In this document: piece after piece, positions 25,023 to 33,723 of the stretch
How positions within the stretch are numbered: the stretch's first letter is position 1
Layout: each line of letters opens with the position of its first letter
NCBI GenBank assembly: GCA_036269215.1
Contig: DATASN010000033.1
Span: 9,359 to 73,358 of the forward strand
Direction of reading: 5' to 3'
DNA length: 64,000 nucleotides
From: Solirubrobacterales bacterium
GTDB taxonomy: Bacteria; Actinomycetota; Thermoleophilia; Solirubrobacterales; 70-9
The notes under the pieces: generated by a model
What the model was told of the DNA's origin: nothing
The model's database searches: none
What the model saw: only the letters and a program-made list of their open reading frames with translations
Program-made: the position numbers and the translations under genes

Positions 25023-25304
25023 CTACAGCCGCTCCTCGCGCACCTCGTCGAGAACTTGAAGGCTCGGGGGTCCCTCGGCGGGCGGGCGGGCCGAGCTGCG
25101 AACCCGGGAAAGCAAATCCCCACGCGGCATAGTCGCGCCCCGCTCGGCTGCGAGACGGGCGATCGGCGAATCCGCCGGACCCGACGGCGTGAGCCGCGCG
25201 ACCTCCCTGCCCCGCTCGGTGACGGCGAGGCTCTCCCCCGCCTTGACTTGGACCAGATAGCGAGAGAGGTTCTGCCGCAACTCTCGGACCCCGACCTGAT
25301 TCAT
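25023..25304 (-). CDS. Phd/YefM-family antitoxin
   Basis: MNQVGVRELRQNLSRYLVQVKAGESLAVTERGREVARLTP is a classic Phd/YefM N-terminus. It sits directly upstream of the PIN gene. Confidence 0.75.
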   Translation of the reverse strand: MNQVGVRELRQNLSRYLVQVKAGESLAVTERGREVARLTPSGPADSPIARLAAERGATMPRGDLLSRVRSSARPPAEGPPSLQVLDEVREERL

Positions 25305-25348
25305 GTGCGCCAGGGTAGCACTTCGTGCCGATATCCTCCTTGCTTGCT

Positions 25349-25759
25349 CTAAACCGCGACCACGACGAGGTGCTCATCCGCAGAAGCAAGGGCTTCGATG
25401 TCGCCTCGGTCCGCTGTGAGGACGATCGCACCTTGGTCGAGGGCGCAGCAGACGACGTGGGCATCGGCTACGTCGGTTCTCGCGCGGCTCCCCAAGCGCT
25501 CTCCGACTTCCTTCGCGCGGGCTTCGTCGAGCGTATCGCTTGCGATGCCCGTCATCAAGCGGGCAAGGCGCGCCGACCTCGGCCCGCCCCGCCAAGCTTG
25601 CGCCAGCGCGCTCGCGGGTACCACGACCTCGTCGCCGACCTCGAGGGCGTCTCCGATGATCGCCGCCGTGCGGCGGTCGGCCCGCTCGAAGGCGATCAAC
25701 GCTCCTGCGTCGAGGACGAGATCTCCCGCCGCGCCCTCGCCATTTCCTTCCGTGCCCAT
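25349..25759 (-). CDS. vapC: VapC-type PIN-domain toxin
   Basis: LVLDAGALIAFER, DAHVVCCAL and VLTADRGD supply the PIN acidic residues. The ATG at 25759 overlaps the upstream antitoxin by 64 nt. Confidence 0.7.
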   Translation of the reverse strand: MGTEGNGEGAAGDLVLDAGALIAFERADRRTAAIIGDALEVGDEVVVPASALAQAWRGGPRSARLARLMTGIASDTLDEARAKEVGERLGSRARTDVADAHVVCCALDQGAIVLTADRGDIEALASADEHLVVVAV

Positions 25760-25986
25760 TCCTTCGCCTCCTCGCCGATCGGACCGAACTCCTCTTCCCA
25801 CATGTCGAGAGCTTCGCGCAGCGCCCGCTTCCGTCCTCGTGCCTTGAGCGCCTCTTCGAAGGCCGCCGACACGTTCGCAGCCTCTCCGGCCTTGACCTGA
25901 TCCCGCGCGATCTGGATTACCTCTGGCTCCACCGAGATCGTGACCCTCTCTTTCATACGGAGCATCATACGCTCCGTTCGCGACAT
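25696..25986 (-). CDS. Ribbon-helix-helix-type antitoxin (VapB-like)
   Basis: It is a small protein with RVTISVEPEVIQIARDQVKAGEAANVSAAFEEALK (a beta-alpha-alpha pattern), located upstream of a PIN gene. Confidence 0.6.
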   Translation of the reverse strand: MSRTERMMLRMKERVTISVEPEVIQIARDQVKAGEAANVSAAFEEALKARGRKRALREALDMWEEEFGPIGEEAKEWARKEMARARREISSSTQER

Positions 25987-26048
25987 CGACTTGCGACGAC
26001 GCTAGAGAGTCGAGGCGCACTCGTGGCGCGCAGGATGTGCCAAAACCG

Positions 26049-27293
26049 TCAACGGATCTTTTCGTAGAGGCTGAAGAGCGGCAGGTACATCGAGATCACG
26101 ATGAAGCCGACCATGCCGCCGACGAAGACGATCATAATCGGCTCGATCAGGGCCGTGAGGGCCTTGACCTTGGCGTCGACCTCGGCCTCGTAGAAGTCGG
26201 CGATCTTGGTCATCATGTGCTCCAGCTGGCCGGTCTCCTCGCCGACCGCGACCATGTGGCCGACCATCGGCGGGAAGATCGGGTTGCCCTCGATCGGCCC
26301 GGCCAGGGAGCCGCCCCGCTTGACCGAGGCGTAGACATCGTCCATCGCCTGCTCGACGACGATGTTGCCGGAGGTCTCGCCGGTCAGTTTGATTGCCTGC
26401 AGCATCGGCACGCCGGAGGCGACCGAGCCGGCGAAGGTGCGCGACCAGCGGGCCAGCGCCACCTTCTGGATCACGTCGCCGATCTTGAACGGCAGCCGCA
26501 GGGTGAAGCGATCCCACATCTCTTTGCCGCGTTCGGTCTTCTTCCACCTGAAGAAGGCGAAGAAGCCGATCACCAAGGCAGGGATGATCACGAACCAGTA
26601 GCCGGTCAGCGCGTTGGAGACGCTCACGCAGAGCTGGGTCGGCGCGGGCAGCGACGAGCTTTCCCCGGGGTGTTCTTCGGCGATTTCTTTGAAGATGCCG
26701 ACGAAGACGGGGATCACGAAGACGACGATCGCGACCAGCACGACGATCGCGAAGCCGAAGACCAGCGCCGGGTACATCAGCGCCGACTTGACTTGGCGCC
26801 GCAGGGCGTCGGTTTTCTCCACCTGGAAGGCGATCCGGTCGAGGGCGTCCTCGAGGCGGCCCGACTGCTCTCCGGAGCGGACCATGGCGCGGAAGAGGCG
26901 GTCGAAGACCTTCGGGTGGCGCTCCATCGCCTGCTCCAGCGTGCTGCCCGCCTCGACGTCGGCACGGATGCCCGCGACCGCGTCCCGGATCATCTCGTCC
27001 TGGGTCTGTTCCTCGAGGGTCTGCAAGGTGCGCAGCATCGGCATCCCCGAGGCGACGAGGGTTGCGAACTGGCGCGAGAACACCGACAGCTCGCGCATGT
27101 CGACCGTCTGCCAGCGCTTGAAGAAGTCCTCGATGTTGACCGGGCTGGCCTTCTCGGTGACGTCGAGGACGATCAGCCCGCGCTGGCGCAGCTGGTCGGA
27201 GACCTGGGCCTTGGACTCGGCCTCGACCTCACCGGCCGAGGCGGCGCCGGCCAGGTCCATGGCGCGGAAGCTGAACGTCGTCGCCCCGGCCAC
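26049..27293 (-). CDS. pilC: Type IV pilus platform protein PilC (GspF family)
   Basis: It has two GspF repeats, a polytopic architecture and the N-terminus FSFRAMDLAGAASAGEVEAESKAQVSDQLRQRGLIVLDV. Confidence 0.9.
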   Translation of the reverse strand: MAGATTFSFRAMDLAGAASAGEVEAESKAQVSDQLRQRGLIVLDVTEKASPVNIEDFFKRWQTVDMRELSVFSRQFATLVASGMPMLRTLQTLEEQTQDEMIRDAVAGIRADVEAGSTLEQAMERHPKVFDRLFRAMVRSGEQSGRLEDALDRIAFQVEKTDALRRQVKSALMYPALVFGFAIVVLVAIVVFVIPVFVGIFKEIAEEHPGESSSLPAPTQLCVSVSNALTGYWFVIIPALVIGFFAFFRWKKTERGKEMWDRFTLRLPFKIGDVIQKVALARWSRTFAGSVASGVPMLQAIKLTGETSGNIVVEQAMDDVYASVKRGGSLAGPIEGNPIFPPMVGHMVAVGEETGQLEHMMTKIADFYEAEVDAKVKALTALIEPIMIVFVGGMVGFIVISMYLPLFSLYEKIR

Positions 27294-27296
27294 TTC

Positions 27297-28490
27297 TCAG
27301 GTCCCCTGGGTGTACGTCGGCGCCGCCGGGGGTGCGGTCGAACCGGCTGAGGCAGCTGCCGGCACCCCGTTCGAGGGGGAGCTCGCCGGCATTCCAGCGG
27401 GCGACGCCTGCGGCATGACGGGCGCGGCACCGCCGAGCAGCCGCTTCAGCTCCTCCGGCACGGAGGCGCGCTGTTCGGCCACCGAGCGGGTGATCTTCCC
27501 GGCCCGCACCAGGCGCGCGAGGTCGGCGTCCATGGTCTGCATCCCGACCGCGCCGGAGGTTTGCACCGCGGCGTAGATCTGGTGGGTCTTGCCCTCGCGG
27601 ATCAGGTTGCGGATCGCCGGCGTCGGCACCAGCACCTCGCAGGCGACAACGCGGCCCATCCCGTCGGAGGTCGGCAGCAGCTGCTGGGTGACGATCCCCT
27701 GCAGGGCGATCGAGAGCTGCGTGCGCACCTGGCCCTGCTGCTGGGGCGGGAAGACGTCGATGATCCGGTCGACCGTCTGAGCGGTCGATTGGGTGTGCAG
27801 CGTGGCGAAGACGAGGTGGCCGGTCTCCGCCGCGGTCAGCGCGGTGGAGACCGTCTCCAGGTCGCGCATCTCGCCGACGAGGATCACGTCGGGATCCTCT
27901 CGCAGGGCGGCGCGCAGCCCGAGGGCGAAGTCCTCGGCGTCGGCGCCGACCTCGCGCTGGTTGACGATCGAGCGTTTGTGCTGGTGCAGGAACTCGATCG
28001 GGTCCTCGATCGTGAGGATGTGGTCCTGGTGCTCGGAGTTGATCACGTCGAGCATCGCCGCCAGGGTCGTCGACTTGCCCGAGCCGGTCGGGCCGGTGAC
28101 CAGCACGAAGCCGCGCGGTTTGGAGGTCAGGTCGCGCAGGATCGGTGGCACGGCGAGGGACTCGAGGCTGGGAATCTCCTGCGGCACGAGGCGAAAGGCA
28201 GCGCTGACCGAGCCGCGCTGGAAGAAGCAGTTGACGCGGAAGCGAGCGACGTTGGGGATCGCGTAGGCGAAGTCGAGCTGCTTGTGGTTCTCAAAGCGCT
28301 TGCGCTGGTCGTCGTTGAGGATGCTGTAGACGACCTCGCGGGTCTCCTGCCCGGAGAGCACCGGGAAGCCCTCCATCGGGGAGATCTTGCCCTTGTCGCG
28401 GATCGCCGGCGGGGAGCCCGCGGTGAGGTGGACGTCGGAGGCCCTGGTCTCGACCATGCGGCGGAGAACCTCTGAGAAGTCAAAGTCCAT
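27297..28490 (-). CDS. pilT: Twitching-motility retraction ATPase PilT with a ~50-aa Pro/Ala-rich C-terminal tail
   Basis: ASDVHLTAGSPPAIR, Walker A GPTGSGKSTT, ILTIEDPIEF, ILVGEMRDLET and GHLVFATLHT are all present. Confidence 0.9.
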   Translation of the reverse strand: MDFDFSEVLRRMVETRASDVHLTAGSPPAIRDKGKISPMEGFPVLSGQETREVVYSILNDDQRKRFENHKQLDFAYAIPNVARFRVNCFFQRGSVSAAFRLVPQEIPSLESLAVPPILRDLTSKPRGFVLVTGPTGSGKSTTLAAMLDVINSEHQDHILTIEDPIEFLHQHKRSIVNQREVGADAEDFALGLRAALREDPDVILVGEMRDLETVSTALTAAETGHLVFATLHTQSTAQTVDRIIDVFPPQQQGQVRTQLSIALQGIVTQQLLPTSDGMGRVVACEVLVPTPAIRNLIREGKTHQIYAAVQTSGAVGMQTMDADLARLVRAGKITRSVAEQRASVPEELKRLLGGAAPVMPQASPAGMPASSPSNGVPAAASAGSTAPPAAPTYTQGT

Positions 28491-28550
28491 AGGGCTTAGA
28501 TCGACCCCCCGAAGCGATTCCTCGATACCCGAAATCGGGGATGGCAGCGC

Positions 28551-30344
28551 TCAGGCGGTGACACGCAGAACCTCCTCGAGGCTGGTCATGCCGCTCCGCA
28601 CCTTGGAGAGGCCGTCTTCGCGCAGGGTCAGCATGCCCTCCTCGCGGGCGACCGCGGCGATCTCAGACTCCGGGGCCTGCGCCACGGCCATCTCCTTGAT
28701 CCGCTCGCTCATCCGCATCACCGAGTAGATGCCGACACGTCCTCGATAGCCACTCTGGTTGCAGCGGCCGCAGCCGATCGGCTCGTAGGCCTCGAGCTCG
28801 GCGCCCACCCGCAGGCCGGCGTCGTTCAAGGCGTTGGGAGGGACGATCGTGCGGCGCTTGCAGTGGGTGCAGAGCTTGCGGGCGAGGCGCTGGGCGACCA
28901 CGCAGTCGACGGCGGACGCCGTGAGGAAGGCCTCGATCCCCATCTTGGTCAGGCGGGTGATCGCGCCCGGGGCGTCGTTGGTGTGCAGCGTGGTCAGCAT
29001 CATGTGCCCGGTCAGCGCCGCCTCGATCGCGATCCGCGCGGTCTCGCCGTCGCGGATCTCGCCGACCATGACGATGTCGGGGTCGGCGCGCAGGATCGAG
29101 CGCAGGCCGGTGGCGAAGTCGAGCCCCGCCTTGCGGTCGACGTTGATCTGTTTGATCCCCGAGAGCCGGTACTCGACCGGGTCCTCGATCGTGATGATGT
29201 TCTTCTCGACTTGATTCAGCTCCTGCAGGGCCGCGTAGAGGGTCGTCGACTTACCGGAGCCCGTCGGCCCGGTTACGAGGACCGCCCCGTAGGCCTGGTG
29301 GAAGGAGCCCTCGAAGCGCTCCCGTGCCGAGCTGTCCATGCCGAGCTCGTCGAGCGAGCGCTGCGCGTTCTCCTTGTCGAGGATGCGGATCGTCGCCCCC
29401 TCGCCGCGCTGGGTCGGCAGCGTCGTGACACGGAGGTCGACCCTGCGGTCCTCGACGGTGACGCTGACCCGGCCGTCCTGCGGAACCCGCTTCTCGGCGA
29501 TGTTGAGGTCGCTCATGATCTTGATCCGCGAGACGACCGCGTTGATCATCCGTTTCGGCACGTGGGCGGCCTCCCGAAGCACGCCGTCGATCCGGAAGCG
29601 AACCCGCATCTCGTCCTCGTCGGGCTCGAAATGAACGTCAGAGGCGCCCTCGCCCACCGCCTGACCGAGGATGCTGTAGACGAGCTTGATCACCGGCGCG
29701 TCCTCGGCGCTGACCTGGATGTCGCTGACTTCGGCGAGTTCCTCCTCGCCCTCCGCCTCGCCCTCGATGACGGCCTCGCTGACCGCGCTCTGAAGCGTGT
29801 TGAGACGACCGATCAGCGCTTCGATGTCCTCGTCGGCCGCGACGGCGACCTTGCAGTCGAGTGCGGTCGCGATCTGGATGTCGTCGACGGCGAGCACATT
29901 GGTCGGGTCGGCCATCGCGACGAGCAGGGTGCCCTTGTCCACGAAGCCAACCGGCAGCGCCCTGTAGCGGCGCGCGGTGTTGACCGGAATCAGGTTGGCC
30001 GCGGCCATGTCGACGTGGTAGGCGGAGAGATCGATGTGATCGAGGCCGTAGCGCTCGGCGATCGCGCGCGAGAGCCGATCCGAGGTGATCGCACCCTGTT
30101 GGAGCAACAGGGCCTCGGGAGGCATCGCGGCGGTGCGCGCCTCTTCGATCGCCTGGCGGGCGCGCTCTTCAGGCACGTAGCCGAGGTCGACGAGGACGTC
30201 GGTGACGAAACCGCTGGAGCGGCCGGGGGCGACGGGCGGCGTCAGCCCCGGCGTCCCCCCCACCTCGGGTCCGAGGTCCCGCGCGGTGGCCTCACCGGCT
30301 CCAGGCACCGGGCGCAGATGGCTCGGATAGTCCCCGGAGGCCAT
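28551..30344 (-). CDS. pilB: Type IV pilus extension ATPase PilB (GspE family)
   Basis: It has T2SSE_N-like N-terminal domains, Walker A GPTGSGKSTT, IITIEDPVEY, the tetracysteine region CTHCKRR...CGRCNQSGYRGR, and GHMMLTTLHTN. Confidence 0.9.
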   Translation of the reverse strand: MASGDYPSHLRPVPGAGEATARDLGPEVGGTPGLTPPVAPGRSSGFVTDVLVDLGYVPEERARQAIEEARTAAMPPEALLLQQGAITSDRLSRAIAERYGLDHIDLSAYHVDMAAANLIPVNTARRYRALPVGFVDKGTLLVAMADPTNVLAVDDIQIATALDCKVAVAADEDIEALIGRLNTLQSAVSEAVIEGEAEGEEELAEVSDIQVSAEDAPVIKLVYSILGQAVGEGASDVHFEPDEDEMRVRFRIDGVLREAAHVPKRMINAVVSRIKIMSDLNIAEKRVPQDGRVSVTVEDRRVDLRVTTLPTQRGEGATIRILDKENAQRSLDELGMDSSARERFEGSFHQAYGAVLVTGPTGSGKSTTLYAALQELNQVEKNIITIEDPVEYRLSGIKQINVDRKAGLDFATGLRSILRADPDIVMVGEIRDGETARIAIEAALTGHMMLTTLHTNDAPGAITRLTKMGIEAFLTASAVDCVVAQRLARKLCTHCKRRTIVPPNALNDAGLRVGAELEAYEPIGCGRCNQSGYRGRVGIYSVMRMSERIKEMAVAQAPESEIAAVAREEGMLTLREDGLSKVRSGMTSLEEVLRVTA

Positions 30345-30346
30345 CG

Positions 30347-30964
30347 CTATGGGTGATAGTTGAGCGTGCGGCCCTTGTAGCGAGCGTCGCGCACGGCCTG
30401 CTCGGCGCTGTTGGTGCTCTGGATGCCGTAGCTGACCGATGCGATCGGGACGCCGTGGTCGAGGTGCTTGGGCCGGATCACCACCAGGGCCGGCAGCCGG
30501 TCGACCTTGACGCCCTGGGCGATCGCCGCGTAGCGGGCGATCCGCTTCGCCGGAACCGTGAAGGCCGCGACGCCCTGCATCGAGCGCACGTGACGGAACT
30601 CATGGCTGAGAAGCTTGTCTTCATAGGCGCCCTTGCGGACGAACAGCAGGACGATGGTCTTGTTGGCCGCGAATGCGGCGGTGACGGCATGCGGGAGCGG
30701 CGGGGCGGGAACATCGGGGGCACTCGCAACCGATGCCGGGACCGCCGCTGCGCCGGCCGCGGGCGTTTCACCGGAGGTCGTAACCGTAGCGGTGACCGAG
30801 GCTTCCCCGGACGGCGTGCTGACGCTTGCGGTGCTCGTCGTGGTCGAGCTGGATTCGCCTCCGCCACCCCCCATCGAGGAGAGTACGAAAATGCCGGTGA
30901 GGACGAGCAGGACGCCGATCACTGCCATCTGCATCAGCGGATTGCTGTTCAGTTTCTCTCTCAT
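30347..30964 (-). CDS. Membrane-anchored protein of unknown function, coupled to pilB
   Basis: It has a TM helix MQMAVIGVLLVLTGIFVL, a Ser/Thr-rich linker and a ~120-aa alpha/beta domain (KTIVLLFVRKGAYEDKL...LPALVVIRP) that looks thioredoxin-fold-like but has no Cys. Its stop lies 2 nt before the pilB ATG. Confidence 0.55.
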   Translation of the reverse strand: MREKLNSNPLMQMAVIGVLLVLTGIFVLSSMGGGGGESSSTTTSTASVSTPSGEASVTATVTTSGETPAAGAAAVPASVASAPDVPAPPLPHAVTAAFAANKTIVLLFVRKGAYEDKLLSHEFRHVRSMQGVAAFTVPAKRIARYAAIAQGVKVDRLPALVVIRPKHLDHGVPIASVSYGIQSTNSAEQAVRDARYKGRTLNYHP

Positions 30965-31050
30965 ACGTCCGCTTATCTAGCTCGACATTTCGGCCGCGAA
31001 CCTTGAGTCCGGGGCGCCGCATGACGAGCGGGGACGGCCCACGGCCAGGC

Positions 31051-32424
31051 TCAGCAGTTTGCGTTGGGCCGCGAGCCGGTCCCGCCCGCGCACTCGATGT
31101 AGGACTGGCGCGAGTAGAGCGTCGCACCACCGATCTGAGGCGGTTCGAAGCCGAGATCTTGGCTGATTTTTCCGTTACCGCTGTCATTGATCGTGCGGCC
31201 CGCCAGCACGCCTTTGTAATCGGCGTTGCCGCTTATGTTGATGTCGGTATTCGGCGCGTAGATAACGAACTCGTTGACGCCATTGTTGCCCGCAAGGTTT
31301 ATAGATGACCTGGTCGTAGTCGACCCGAGCATGTATATGCCCGGCATGTCGAAGTGACCTACTTCCCCTTTGTAGCCGGTTGCTTCGACATTGCTGTTGC
31401 CGGTGAAGCTGATCTGATTCGTGGTTCCACAGTGTTCAGGGGTGTCGAAGAAGAGGCGAACGTGTGCGTCGGCAGCCATGATCAAATGGGAATTTCCACT
31501 CAAGGTCAGCGAGCAGAGCCAGTAGTCGCCACCGCTCAGCGTGAGGACGCTGTTTTGAAGCGAGATCGATCGAGTGCTGGGGTTGAACGGCGTATTGGAG
31601 TCCCATTTGCCGTTGTAGCTATCGGTTTGACAGCCTTCGGGTTTCGGTTCCGGGCTGGTTACTGTGCAGGTGACCAAGCGATAGTTGGAGTTGCTGGTCG
31701 CGATGTCAGGCGGAATGAATGTGCTCACCTGAGGCAGTTCGTCTTCGCCTTCGGCGATGGAATAGCCGTTGCATTGCGAGGCGTTGCCGCTGTGTTGCCA
31801 TTCTTTCCCAACGCCATGCCGAATGTTGTTGCAGATCGTCGCGTTGCCGGACGAGACAACGCTGCCATTTGTCCCGACTCCGACCCTGATGTCGGCGTTA
31901 CCGCTGAAGGTAATGCTTTCCCGGCCGACCAGCCCTTCGGTCGCGAGGATGCTGGCGACTGTCTGCGCGGTAAATGTGACATCGATACGGCGGCTGACGC
32001 CCGTTGAAGCGCCCGTCGCAACGACGCTCATCGTGCCGGTGGTCTTCGGAGTGACCCGGTAGGCATAGCTCGAACTGCCGACTGTGCCTTTGATTTCGGG
32101 ACACCAGCCGTCGGCCGCAGCCGTGGTGACGGCCAGAGTGCCGCCGCTGATCCCAAGACAGGGCGTCGAGCCGTTGAGCGAGTTCGCGTAGCGGTTTAGC
32201 CGCATCAAGGCTACGCTCGCCCCGGCATCGGCGGCGGCGATCGCTTCCTTGGAACTGTGATCGCGAGTGGTGCCGTGCTGAGAATCGACCGAGGCGACGA
32301 CCGCGACACTCGCCAGGCTGAAGCTTGCGATCGTCGCGAAGAGGGCGACTGGGAGCGCCATGCCGCGCTCGCTCCTCAGGAGCTCACGGAAACGTCGGCG
32401 CAGGGAGAGGTAAATCGCCATCAC
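31051..32424 (-). CDS. PilX_N-type pilus-associated protein with a beta-helix-like repeat region
   Basis: The N-terminus SERGMALPVALFATIASFSLASVAVVAS...AIAAADAGAS resembles the PilX N-terminal domain. The remainder is rich in short G/N/S/T turns (SGNADIRVGVGTNGSVVSSGNATI, TGNSNVEATG, SGNADYKGVLAG). GC is ~54%. Confidence 0.6.
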   Translation of the reverse strand: MMAIYLSLRRRFRELLRSERGMALPVALFATIASFSLASVAVVASVDSQHGTTRDHSSKEAIAAADAGASVALMRLNRYANSLNGSTPCLGISGGTLAVTTAAADGWCPEIKGTVGSSSYAYRVTPKTTGTMSVVATGASTGVSRRIDVTFTAQTVASILATEGLVGRESITFSGNADIRVGVGTNGSVVSSGNATICNNIRHGVGKEWQHSGNASQCNGYSIAEGEDELPQVSTFIPPDIATSNSNYRLVTCTVTSPEPKPEGCQTDSYNGKWDSNTPFNPSTRSISLQNSVLTLSGGDYWLCSLTLSGNSHLIMAADAHVRLFFDTPEHCGTTNQISFTGNSNVEATGYKGEVGHFDMPGIYMLGSTTTRSSINLAGNNGVNEFVIYAPNTDINISGNADYKGVLAGRTINDSGNGKISQDLGFEPPQIGGATLYSRQSYIECAGGTGSRPNANC

Positions 32425-32522
32425 AATGGGGATCGACGGCCCGAGCGGTTGCCTTGAGCGACGCTCATGGCGCCGCTCGGACTCTGGACGCTCGTCCTAC
32501 GCAGTCCTGGCGCGGACGCGCG

Positions 32523-33638
32523 TCACTCGCCGGGCTGACCCGCGAGCTGCTCGATGCCGCTCGCCCGCTGCCCCCCGGCGGAGAGCATCAGTTTGAAATC
32601 ATGCGGGCTGGAGGCGTAGTCGAGGGCGACTTGCTCGGCGATCTTGCCCTCCATCACGTAGCCGAGCAGCGACTGGTCGAAGGTGCGCATGCCGTAGTAC
32701 TCGCCCTCGGCGATCACCTCGGTGATCTTGCCGGTCTCCTCTGGGTTCATGATCAGGTCCTGGACGCGCCCGGTGACGACCAGCACCTCGGAGGCCGGAA
32801 CGCGCCCTTCGCCGGTGATGTCGGGGACGAGGCGCTGCGCGATCGCTCCCTTCAGCGTCGCCGAGAGCATCACCCGCGCCTGGTGTTGGAGGTGGGGTGG
32901 GAAGAAGTCGATGATGCGGTTGATCGTCTCGGTCGCGTCGAGGGTGTGGACCGTGGAGAGGACGAGGTGGCCCGTCTCGGCCGCGGAGAGCGCCGTGCGC
33001 ACCGTCTCCTCGTCGCGCATCTCGCCGATCAGGATCACGTCGGGGTCCTGGCGCAGGACGCGGCGCATCGCGCGGCCGAAGCTCTCGGTGTCGGAGCCGA
33101 CTTCGCGCTGGTTGACGATCGAGCGCTTGTCTTCGTGCAGGTACTCGATCGGGTCCTCGAGCGTGATGATGTGGTGCGGACGGTTGCGGTTGATGTGGTC
33201 GATCATCGCCGCCAGCGTCGTGCTCTTGCCGGAGCCGGTGGTGCCGGTGACGAGGATGATCCCGCGCTGCTCTTCGGACAGCTTGGTGACGACCGGCGGC
33301 AGGCCCAGCTCCTCGACCGAGCGGATGTCGAAGGGGATCGCGCGGCAGACGATCGAGATCGAGCCGCGCTGTTTGAAGGTGTTGACGCGGAAGCGCGAGA
33401 GACCGGGGATCGAGTAGGAGAAGTCGGCCTCGCCCGCTTCCTCGAACTCGGCCAGCGAGCGCACCTCGGCGATGTCGTGGAAGGCCTTCTCGGTGTCCTC
33501 GCCGCTCAGCGGCTCGTAACCGTCGAGGTAGACGAGCTCGCCGTGCTGGCGGATGATCGGCTTCGAGTTGACCTTGACGTGAAGGTCAGAGCCCTCACGC
33601 TCGATCAGCGTCCGCAGCGCTTTGTCGATCTCGAACAT
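32523..33638 (-). CDS. Second PilT/PilU-family retraction ATPase
   Basis: GSDLHVKVNSKPIIR, Walker A GTTGSGKSTT, IITLEDPIEYLH, ILIGEMRDEET and GHLVLSTVHT are present. Confidence 0.85.
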   Translation of the reverse strand: MFEIDKALRTLIEREGSDLHVKVNSKPIIRQHGELVYLDGYEPLSGEDTEKAFHDIAEVRSLAEFEEAGEADFSYSIPGLSRFRVNTFKQRGSISIVCRAIPFDIRSVEELGLPPVVTKLSEEQRGIILVTGTTGSGKSTTLAAMIDHINRNRPHHIITLEDPIEYLHEDKRSIVNQREVGSDTESFGRAMRRVLRQDPDVILIGEMRDEETVRTALSAAETGHLVLSTVHTLDATETINRIIDFFPPHLQHQARVMLSATLKGAIAQRLVPDITGEGRVPASEVLVVTGRVQDLIMNPEETGKITEVIAEGEYYGMRTFDQSLLGYVMEGKIAEQVALDYASSPHDFKLMLSAGGQRASGIEQLAGQPGE

Positions 33639-33723
33639 CGAGACCTATATCGGCCGAGACGAACCTTCCCTTAACCCGCCAGGGGGGAGAGAATCGGGGT
33701 GTGTGAGCTTGACGTTCATATAG

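Noticed and set aside
28551-30344. A c-di-GMP-binding MshEN motif in the PilB N-terminal domain, which would parallel the riboswitch idea.
   Set aside because: The N-terminal segments (GFVTDVLVDLGYVPEERARQAIEEAR, ALLLQQGAITSDRLSRAIAERYG) look like generic T2SSE_N helices. By eye the RLGxx(L/V/I)(L/V/I)xxG...LxxxLxxQ motif is not satisfied, so I make no claim.
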